64,000 nt of DNA from Eledone cirrhosa (lineage: Eukaryota): NCBI GenBank assembly GCA_964016885.1, contig OZ024742.1, positions 92,814,001-92,878,000 on the forward strand. Direction: 5' to 3'. Position 1 is the stretch's first letter; each line of letters opens with the position of its first letter. Shown piece by piece: positions 54,410 through 63,956 of the stretch. Made by a program: the position numbers and the translations under genes. The notes beneath the pieces were generated by a model. It worked only from the letters and a program-made list of their open reading frames with translations. It searched no databases and was not told where the DNA came from.

Positions 54410-54880
54410 AACACCAAATAATCTGTAAAGTGGTTGGTGTTAGGAAGGGCATCCAGCCATAGAAACCATGCAAAACAAAGAGCCAAGAGGTTTCTTAGTT
54501 GTGTCAAAGACATGGAAATCTCCTTATTGCTGGTACCATGATGAAATGAATCTGTAAAGTGGTTGGTATTAGGAAGAGCATCTAGCCATAGAAACCATGC
54601 AAACAAAGGGCCAAGAGGACTCTTAATTGTTTCTAGGAGATGAAAACCTCCCTAGTTCTGCTACCATGATAAAATGCACCCAGTACACTCTGTAAAGTGG
54701 CTAGTGATGGGGAAGATATACAGCTGTAGAAACCATACTTAAACCAGATTGTATGTAAGCAAGTCATTGTCCCCAGCTCATCTGGAAATATAGTAGCTCT
54801 GATAAAGTAGTGATTTGGTCTGTGATGACTTATCCAACCCATGCCAACAAAGAAAAACAGAGTTTAAACAATGATAATGA
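54410..54880 (+). repeat. Three tandem copies (~130-140 bp) of the SINE/RTE 3' UTR module
   Basis: CTGTAAAGTGG..GGAAG(G)GCATCCAGCCATAGAAACCAT at ~54423, 54552 and 54690. Confidence 0.65.
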
Positions 54881-55679
54881 TTGATGTTCCTGAAGCAGAT
54901 GATTCCAAGTTCAATCCTATCATGTAGCACCTCAGACAGTTGTTTTCTCATGACAAATCTTCCATTGGTTTTAATGATGAGCATTGTCATTCAACCAACT
55001 GATCATTTGATAATCAAATTCACATGTAAGTGATTGTGTATTCCACTGATATGTACAGAATCAGTCTTACACAATATAGTCAATCTTACATAATAGAGAG
55101 GCAATATTATGCAACACAGAGCCACCATTCCGTAATACAATCACCATTACGTATTATAAAGACATCATTAGACAATACACAGTCAATATCACGCAATGTA
55201 GAGTCAGTATTACATAATATAGAGTCGGTATTATGTAATATAGAGTTGGTATTGCATAATATGTGGCAAGACTGGAATTTTGAATGACAGGTAAAATCTG
55301 ACAGTTTGTTTTCTACATAGTTTCTCTCAACCCAGTTTCACTCACACGGCAAGAGTCAACCTGAGGCTATAAGAAAGACATTTACCTAAGATGTTACACA
55401 GGGGGATCAAACCCAGGACCTCATAATGACAAAAATTACACACACACGTGTATAAATATAAAGCAGAGAGATTTAATGATATTTAGGTTCAAAGCCAGCA
55501 TGGAAAGATGAACATCTCTCAGCAGTGTATTGCCAGACGTTGCTTGCAGTATATTTTCCCATGTCACGTTTGGGGCCTCCAGTTTGCAAAGCTAATTTCT
55601 TAATTACTCAGACATGCCTACTGGATAGTAGATATATATCTACTCATGATTAGCTGACATACTTAAGAACAATATGGTT

Positions 55680-55822
55680 TCTAATTTAGGCACAAAGCCA
55701 GTAAATGTTTTGAGGAGGAAGGGAAGAAAATTAGATCAAATCTAATATGTGACTTGTTCATTATTTTATTGACCCTAGAAGGATGAAAGGCAAAGTTGAT
55801 CTTGGTGATATTTGAACTTAGA
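55680..55822 (-). mobile_element. SINE family B, 3' part. Its head lies at 57958-58005 on the far side of the CR1.
   Basis: AGGATGAAAGGCAAAGTTGATCTTGG..TTTGAACTTAG. The head remnant TACTGCAAGGCATTGTGTAC..ATTCTACCAATCC aligns to 50740-50785 and 51445-51492. Confidence 0.65.
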
Positions 55823-57957
55823 AAATAGTAATGAAAATATTGTGTACAGTGCTCAGGTGCACTACAACTCATCAAAAGTGTATGTATAGTACATACGGTA
55901 ATGTACAAACGTCAGGAAAATGAACAGTGCATGAGTTATGATATACACATGTGTGCATGTGTATGGAAGGGGGACATCAGGTGTAGTTTTGGCAAATTTC
56001 GAGAAGCATGAGGGTTTTAAAGGATGCAGTGTCTCGGCAGCTAACAACTGATGCAGGCAGTTTGTTCCATGCTTCAGCAACTCTAAGCGTGAAAAATGTT
56101 TCCGAAAGTCATGGGAGCTGTGCTGTTTTCTGACTTTGTAGGCATGTCCACGTGTGTTAGACACATGGAGATCAAAAAGATGCTCAGGATTGTTGATGGC
56201 GAGATGGTTAATAACTTTGTGGGAGTTTACCAAGTCCATTGCCAGACGTCGGAGCTTCAATGAATCCATGCCCAGGGAAGGAAGGCGTTCAGAGTATGGT
56301 AGGTGTCTGATGGAGGGTATGCACTTGGTTGCACGTCTCTGAACAGTTTCCAGGAGGTCAACGTTCTGAGCAAGATAGGGGTTCCAGACTGATGATGCGA
56401 ATTCCAAGTGTGGTCGTACCATAGCTGTATACACCTTTAAATAGATGGCTGGAGAGCGGCTAACAAAGGTCTTGTTGAGTGATGCCAAGACACCCTTGGC
56501 CTTCTTGACAATTTTAGAGACATGCTTTGTCCAACGCAAATCTCTGCTGACAGTAATGCCCAGGTCATGTTCACAAGAGGACTTCTTGATATCAGTGTTG
56601 TGGAGGGAGTATGTGGACGCTGGATTTTTCTTCCCAAAATGCATGGTGGTACACTTGTCCACAGCCAGCTTCAGCTGCCAGTCTGTGATCCATTGCTGCA
56701 TTGTGTCCAAGTCTGATTGTAGGAAAGAGTTATAGATTTCAGGATCTGTCCTTTTGATTTCAAGGTGCAGCTTGATGTCATCTGCATATTTCAGTACTGT
56801 GGCATTCTTTAAGTTGGCATCTATGTCATTAATGTATGCAACAAACAAAAGGGGACCAAGAACAGATACCTGTGGTACACCAGATGACATCTCATATGGT
56901 GAAGAATGCTGTCCTAGAACCTTGACTACCTCTTTTCGGCTGAGAATGAAGGATTTCAACCAGTTAAAAAGATCATCCCTCACACCCATTGCAGAGAGTT
57001 TCGCCATAAGTCTTTTGTGTGGCACAGAATTAAAAGCCTTAGCGAAGTCAAGGTAAACAACATCCACCCATGAGCCGCTGTCAGTGATCCGGGTAATGTC
57101 TTCAAAGAACTCGATAAGCTGATCACAGCAGCTGGAGTTAGGGATAAATCCAAATTGCAAAGGCCAGATGAGGCTGTGAGAGCTCCAGAAGTTCCAAAGT
57201 GTTTCTCTGACACAGGATTCCATCAGTTTGGCAATACAGCTAGTAAGACTGGCTGGACGATAGTTGACAGGGGACGTGCCATCGCCCTTTTTGAACAGGG
57301 GAATGACACTGGCAGTTTTCCACTGCTCCGGAGTAGCACCATTGTTGAGACAGTATTGAAAGAATAAAGAAAGCTGGTGTAAAAGTAAGTACCCGCCACG
57401 TTTGAGAAGCAGGTATGTAACACCATCAAGATCAGGGGAGGCATAGCTGCGCTTATTCTTAAGGTGACGTCGCAGCATTGCAGGTGTAAATTCCATAGTT
57501 GTTATGGAATTTGATGTTAGAGATGGTGGAGATGGTACATTCTGGTTTTCAACAGTAAAAATGCTTGCATAGCACTCAGCAATGAGTTCTGAGCATTCTT
57601 TGGGATCGTCAGTGATCTGGCTTGTGTGGGGATTGCGAAGAGGACCAACTGGAGAGCGAGGTCTCTGCTTTGAATGTACATATTTCCAGAACACCTTACT
57701 GTCAGGATTGATTGCTATGCACTGTTCAAATTCAAACACTGCCTTTTTTGTCACTTGTTTGAGATGGTTGGAAGATTTATTCCGTTTTTTTCTGTTGGCA
57801 TCTGATTTATGCAGTTTATATTCCCGTTCAGCATCCCAACGTTCTTTCCTGGCAAGTCGGACCGCTGAAGTTGCCCAAATTGCACTTTTGGAGTGGGTTT
57901 TTTTCTGCTTACGGGGCACTGATGCTGCAGACGCTATCCATATTGAGACCAGGATGC
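55823..57957 (-). mobile_element. 5'-truncated CR1-clade LINE (RT and C-terminus; ORF 55862-57982)
   Basis: NYRPASLTS, YLDFAKAFNSV, SGVPQVSVLGPLLF, KYADDIKL, VRPHLEFAS..VWNP, VQRRATK, TRGH. Confidence 0.92.
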
Positions 57958-58079
57958 TACTGCAAGGCATTGTGTACAACACTCAAATAATTCTACCAAT
58001 CCAGTCTTTTATAACCTTTCTTCTCTCTTTTTTTCATGTTCTAGTCAATTGCAATAATATTTACAGCAACAACCACAAT

Positions 58080-58480
58080 AATTGCACCAGCAGCAGCAGC
58101 TCCACCACCATCACCACCACCACCAGCACTGTCTTCACAGCCACCACCAGCACTGCCATCATGGCCAGCCCCACCACCATCACAGACACCAGCACTGCCG
58201 TCACCCATCACCCCCAACATTGCCATCATGGCCACATCACCATCACCACAACCATCAACGTCACAGACACCACCACCACCACCACCACCACCACCACCAC
58301 CACCACCACCACCACCACCACCACCACCACCACCTCCTCAACCACCACCACCACCACCACACCACCATCACAGCCTCCCCCACCACTACAACCACGACCA
58401 TCATAGCCTCCTCCCCCACCAACACCAACACCACCACTACAACCACTACCACCACTACAACCACCACCACCACCACCAAT
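58080..58480. repeat. (CAC)n-rich low-complexity tract
   Basis: Visible. Confidence 0.9.
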
Positions 58481-58776
58481 ATAATGAGAAAATGGCAACA
58501 ATTAGTAAAGTAATGCATGTTTAATGATTGTCTTCTTCTAGATGTCACAGCTGATTAGAACATATTTTTTAATTGACAGCTTTAATATGGTTTATTAATC
58601 CCACAACTTTATTGGACATCTCTATAGGCTAACAGAAACACACAGTTCACATATATACATGTATAAATACACACATCTCTGTGGTCAATAAAATACACAG
58701 ATGTGTAGACACATATATACATATATACACATACACATAGACACACACACATATATATAAAATTACACATACACAA

Positions 58777-58828
<52 letters not shown>

Positions 58829-58874
58829 CTGGATCTTAACCATCTATTATGTCAGGGTATGTCATGCATCATCT

Positions 58875-58941
58875 TATTTTATCTGATGAGGACGTACTGT
58901 TAAAGTTAGCTCAGTACCTCTGAAATATGTATAATAGAATA
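58875..58941 (+). ncRNA. Type I hammerhead ribozyme (Penelope-type) in a ~250-bp segment flanked by (TA)n
   Basis: TATTTTAT-CTGATGA-GGACGTACTG/CAGTACCTCT-GAAA-TATGTA-TA-ATAGAATA gives an 8-bp stem I with one G-U, a 10-bp stem II with one mismatch and a short stem III. Confidence 0.75.
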
Positions 58942-59079
58942 TACTTGATCACAAGAAGTTCTATTTTTGTTAATATTTTGAATTAATATTAATAACTCCG
59001 GAAAACCAATTTTGTTGAGTGCTTCCAATCTATTGTAAAACTGATTCTTTGATTTATTCATTGAACCTTGTTTAACCTT

Positions 59080-59116
<37 letters not shown>

Positions 59117-59119
59117 TTC

Positions 59120-59870
59120 GTTTTTGTACATATATACTTCGCTTTTGTTTTATCTGAAAACATGTGTTGAAACAGATATTGTTATAATTTGGGAGAGTCA
59201 TGCTGCCAATAAAAACACACATACACCTGTTGGTTTTAACTTCAATTTATTACAAATATTCAGTTGGTTGGTTCAATAACTGGATGGTTGTTTATATATT
59301 GTCAAAGCTCTTTCAACACACATTCTGTGACCTCCTAAGTTATTGATTTGTTATTTTGTGTCTCTCCTTTTGTTCTGTCCTACACCATCTTGTTTTTATG
59401 TGTTGTGTGCTCTGTACTTGGTTTGCGCATGCATTATATCCGAGTGTGTGGTGTTTATTTATTCATTTATGTATATTTTATTGTGACTAGTTGGTCGCTT
59501 GTTCTATCTGTGAGTGTCTAATTTGTTTTATTAGTTTGGTTCTTGTGTGTCTCTGTATGTCTTTATCTTGTCCTTACTTACTAGTTGTGATGTTGCTATT
59601 CCACTCATGTTTTCTGTTTGATTTTGGTTGGAGTTCATTTATGTTTATCGCTTCTGTAATTTGTGGGAGCATTGCATCTTTTCTATGTGTGGATATAATT
59701 TTTATCTCTGTGTTCTCTAGTGACAAATAAATAAACATATAGATAAATAAATAAAGACACACCCACCCAGATATAATGCATGCGCAAACCAAGTATACAG
59801 CTGGCAATACACAAAACCAAGATGGTGTAGGACACAACAAAGGAGAGACACAAAATAACAAATCAGTTAC
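59120..59870 (-). mobile_element. Penelope-like element remnant: GIY-YIG C-terminus plus pLTR, with an inverted pLTR piece at the 5' break
   Basis: IKIISTH.KDAML.QITEAININELQPKSNRKHEW (59574-59720). Inverted repeat 59340-59490 vs 59717-59870. Degenerate hammerhead-like motif at ~59300-59340. Confidence 0.7.
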
Positions 59871-59877
59871 TGCATAT

Positions 59878-60200
59878 CATCATCATCATCATCATCATTT
59901 TACGTCCGCTTTTCCCTGCTGGCAAGGGTGGGACGGGAACTGATTCTGGCTTGATTTCTACAGCTGGATGCCCTTCCTAACACCAACCTCATTTACAGTG
60001 AGTGCTGGGTGCTTTTTTGCCGTGGCACCTCCACGACCAGTTTACAGTGGAATGATATGGACCCCAGTCCCTATGATCTCATTTCTACAGCTGAGTAAAC
60101 TGGAGCAATGTGAAATAAAGTGTCTTGCTCAAGGAAACAACACATGACCTGGTCTGAGAATTGAACTCACAATCTTTCGTTTGCAAGGCCAATGCTCTAA

Positions 60201-60202
<2 letters not shown>
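59878..60202 (-). mobile_element. SINE family A carrying the 3' tail of the adjacent RTE
   Basis: Body nearly identical to 8500-8768. The tail 59898-59937 is the reverse complement of 62622-62661 (39/40). Confidence 0.88.
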
Positions 60203-60245
<43 letters not shown>

Positions 60246-60247
<2 letters not shown>

Positions 60248-62688
60248 CAGCGGGACAGGCAGATAGTGTCTAATACCAAGGCATACCCTGGGGAAGAATG
60301 TACCCCACAGCATAGGTTAGTTGTTAGTGATATCTCAGTAAGCAAGAGATGGAATGAGACATATAGGAAGGTGTGGAGAAGAAAGGTCTGGAAGCTAAAA
60401 GACCTTTCACTAAAATACAAATTTAGGAAAGCCCTTCAAGATGTATATGACGAAAAAGAAGACGATTTAGAGACGTTTGACATAGATAATAACTGGAAGT
60501 TCTTACGTGACAACTTGCTGCAGGCTACTGATGAAACCTGTGGCTGGAGCAGAGCTCCAACCAGACAGAGAGTGACCTGGTGGTGGAACAGCACAGTAGA
60601 TAAGGCTATTAGAGACAAAAGACTAGCATGGAAGGCTTGGAAAAAGGGTGGGAGTAGGGAAGAATATACAGCCACTAAGAGAGAAGCTAGACGTCAGGTG
60701 TACTTAGCACGCAGGGAGGCAGAGAGTAGGAGATTTGCCAATGTTCTGCGACAGGAAGATCAGAGGCGTGCGGTGTTCCACATTGCAAGGCAGTGTGTCA
60801 ATGCAAATCAGGATGTTGTTGGAGATAAATGTGTCCGGGATGATGCCGGTGTACTTAGTGTCACGAATGACCAGAAAAAGGAGGCCTGGAAATGTCATTA
60901 TGAGAGACTGATGAATGTGGAGAACGAATGGGAGAGAGAGAAATTACCCTTGGTAGATCCGACAGAGCGACCAGCTATTGAGATTGACGAATATAGGGTC
61001 CAAGAGGCGATTAGGGAAATGAAAAATGGTAAGGCGGCCGGACCATCGGGAATAGTTGCTGAGATGCTGAAGGCATCAGGGGACGTAGGCACTAAACTGG
61101 TTGCACGCATCATCAATCAGGCTATATATGGTGGTGTCATACCCAAAGACTGGTGCAGCAGTATTCTCATAAATTGCTACAAAGGTAAAGGGGATGCTTT
61201 GGAGAGGAGCAATTATAGGGGTATAAAACTGATAGATCAGGTTATGAAAGTGGCAGAAAGGATTTTAGCACAACTAATTAGAGAAAGGGTCAAACTAGAT
61301 GAGATGCAGTTTGGTTTTGTGCCTGGGAAGAGTACAACAGATGCCCTCTTCTTGGTGAGACAAATGCAAGAGAGGTTCTTAGAGAAGAATAAGCCACTAT
61401 ACTTAGCCTTTGTTGACCTAGAGAAGGCCTTTGATAGGGTACCCCGATCTGTCATCTGGTGGTCCCTAAGGAAGCTAGGTGTTGAGGAATGGCTTGTGAG
61501 GACAGTGCAAACTTTGTACAGAGGTACTCTCAGTAAAGTCAGGGTAGGAATGGAGTTTAGTGAGGAATTCCAGATACAAGTAGGAGTACATCAGGGTTCA
61601 GTCCTCAGCCCGCTCTTGTTCATTATAGTCCTCCAAGCCATAACAGAGGAGTTTAAGACTGGCTGTCCATGGGAACTTCTCTATGCTGACGATCTGGCTC
61701 TTATAGCAGAATCAGTAGAGGAGCTAGAGAATAAATTCCGGCTATGGAAACAGCAGTTGGAAGCAAGAGGACTGAGAGTAAATCTAGCTAAGACAAAAGT
61801 GTTGATGAGTAGAAAAGAGGACAAAACCCTGATTCCGTTAGGGAAATGGCCATGTTCGATATGCAGAAAAGGAACTGGCATAAATTCTATAAAATGCACA
61901 CAATGCAGGTCCTGGGTACACAAGAGATGTAGCGGGATAGCAGGCAAACTAACAGGTAGGGAGAAATATGTATGCAGTAGATGTACAGGGAAATTAGACA
62001 GTAGAAGTCGCACTGATAGACACATTTTTCAAATGCGAGAGGGCGCTATAGAAGTGGTGGATAGCTTCCGGTACCTAGGAGATCAGATTAGCATGGGAGG
62101 AGGGTGTTCCGAGGCCATAGTATCTAGAATAAGGACGGGTTGGAAGAAGTTTAGGGAGCTGCTTCCTCTGTTGACGAAGAAGGGTTTCTCCCTGCGTACG
62201 AAAGGCCGGTTGTATGATGCCTGTGTGAGGAGTGCGATGCTGCATGGTAGTGAGACATGGGCAGCAACCGCAGAGGATATGCGACGGCTGGTGAGAAATG
62301 AGGCAAGCATGCTCCGTTGGATGTGCAGTGTAAATGTGCGTGAACGACCCAGCATAAGTGTGTTGAGAGAGAAACTGTGTCTGAGAGGGATAGAATGTAG
62401 TGTACGGGAGAGGAGACTGAGGTGGTATGGACATGTGATGCGCATGGAGGATGACCGATGGGTGAAGAAGTGCCAGGAAATGCCAGTTGCGGGAAGACGT
62501 GGTAGAGGTAGACCACGAAAAACATGGGCGGAGGTGGTGAGAACAGACCTCAGATCATTGAAGCTCACGGTGGAGATGACGAGGGACCGTGACGAGTGGA
62601 GAGTTGCTGTGCTGAATAAGACCCGTCCCACCCTTGCAAGCAGGGAAAAGCGGACGTAAAATGATGATGATGATGATGATGATGATGA
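60246..62688 (+). mobile_element. 5'-truncated RTE LINE with an uninterrupted ~800-aa ORF (end of APE, RT, PHD-type finger)
   Basis: TPQHRLVV, KAAGPSG, NYRGIKL, FVDLEKAFDRV, GVHQGSVLSP, LYADDL, FRYLG, RLRWYGHV, GRPRKTW. (TA)n on the 5' side and a (GAT)n tail. Confidence 0.95.
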
Positions 62689-62862
62689 TACATATATATA
62701 TATACACACATACAGGTACACATACATATATGCACGTGTCAGTTTAGCGGACGCTTATTATAACGCCGCTTTGTTCGTTTGTAAACAAACTGAACAGCCT
62801 GAATTTATGCCGTACGGTGTTAAGGCAACCACGTCACCTTTTTGTTCAACACTGACACAGGA

Positions 62863-62905
62863 ACGATGTACTAGTTTCAAGCTTGTTAGCTATCATCAGC
62901 ACCGT
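62863..62905 (-). ncRNA. Minimal type I hammerhead ribozyme, copy 1 (extended stem I spans 62844-62930)
   Basis: Minus strand ACGGTG-CTGATGA-TAGCT-AACA-AGCTT-GAAA-CTAG-TA-CATCGT. Confidence 0.88.
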
Positions 62906-63141
62906 ATACCCTTCTGCCAGATAGTTGAACGTTCGAAAGTATATACTTTCCTTATGAAAATTAACGGCTGAGCAGCCTAATTTGCATATCGAGTGAGTTA
63001 AGTCGGTCAGGCATACCGAAAACGATAAGTTGAAATAAAATGAAAACGAAATTTCATTTCTCACTCTTAGTACGGCACTTACTTAAATGTAAGTATGTAT
63101 GTATACGTACATACATATATGTATACAGACGTACAGTAGCA

Positions 63142-63209
<68 letters not shown>

Positions 63210-63359
63210 CAGGTACACATACATATATGCACGTATCAGTTTAGCGGACGCCTATTATAACGCCGCTTTGTTCGTTTGTAAACAAACTGAACATCCTGAA
63301 TTTATGCCGTACGGTGTTAAGGCAACCACGTCACCTTTTTGTTCAACACTGACACAGGA

Positions 63360-63402
63360 ACGATGTACTAGTTTCAAGCTTGTTAGCTATCATCAGCACC
63401 GT
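63360..63402 (-). ncRNA. Minimal type I hammerhead ribozyme, copy 2
   Basis: Core identical to copy 1. Confidence 0.85.
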
Positions 63403-63599
63403 ATACCCGTATATACGTCTGTATACCCGTATATACGTCTGTATACCCGTATATACGTCTGTATACATATATGTATGTACGTATACATACATACTTACAT
63501 TTAAGTAAGTGCCGTACTAAGAGTGAGAAATGAAATTTCGTTTTCATTTTATTTCAACTTATCGTTTTCGGTATGCCTGACCGACTTAACTCACTCGAT

Positions 63600-63607
63600 A
63601 TGCAAAT
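63600..63607 (+). promoter_or_regulatory. Octamer ATGCAAAT upstream of the hammerhead (also 62980-62987 on the minus strand)
   Basis: Perfect octamer about 80 bp 5' of the ribozyme core in both longer units. Function unproven. Confidence 0.35.
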
Positions 63608-63681
63608 TAGGCTGCTCAGCCGTTAATTTTCATAAGGAAAGTATATACTTTCGAACGTTCAACTATCTGGCAGAAGGGTAT

Positions 63682-63724
63682 ACGGTGTTGATGATAGCTA
63701 AGAAGCTTGAAACTAGTACATCGT
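63682..63724 (+). ncRNA. Hammerhead ribozyme, copy 3 (C3U variant; extended stem I spans 63657-63743)
   Basis: ACGGTG-TTGATGA-TAGCT-AAGA-AGCTT-GAAA-CTAG-TA-CATCGT. Confidence 0.75.
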
Positions 63725-63874
63725 TCCTGTGTCAGTGTTGAACAAAAAGGTGACGTGGTTGCCTTAACACCATACGGCATAAATTCAGGCTGTTCAGTTT
63801 GTTTACAAACGAACAAAGCGGCGTTATAATAAGCGTCCGCTAAACTGATACGTGCATATATGTATGTGTACCTG

Positions 63875-63921
<47 letters not shown>

Positions 63922-63956
63922 GTACATACATATATGTATACAGACGTACAATAGCA

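Noticed and set aside
59300-59340. Functional hammerhead in the Penelope remnant
   Set aside because: The core reads CTTAGGA rather than CTGANGA and the stems are broken. It is noted only as degenerate.
62940-63100. snRNA or 5S gene near the octamer
   Set aside because: No recognisable U1-U7 or 5S sequence on either strand.
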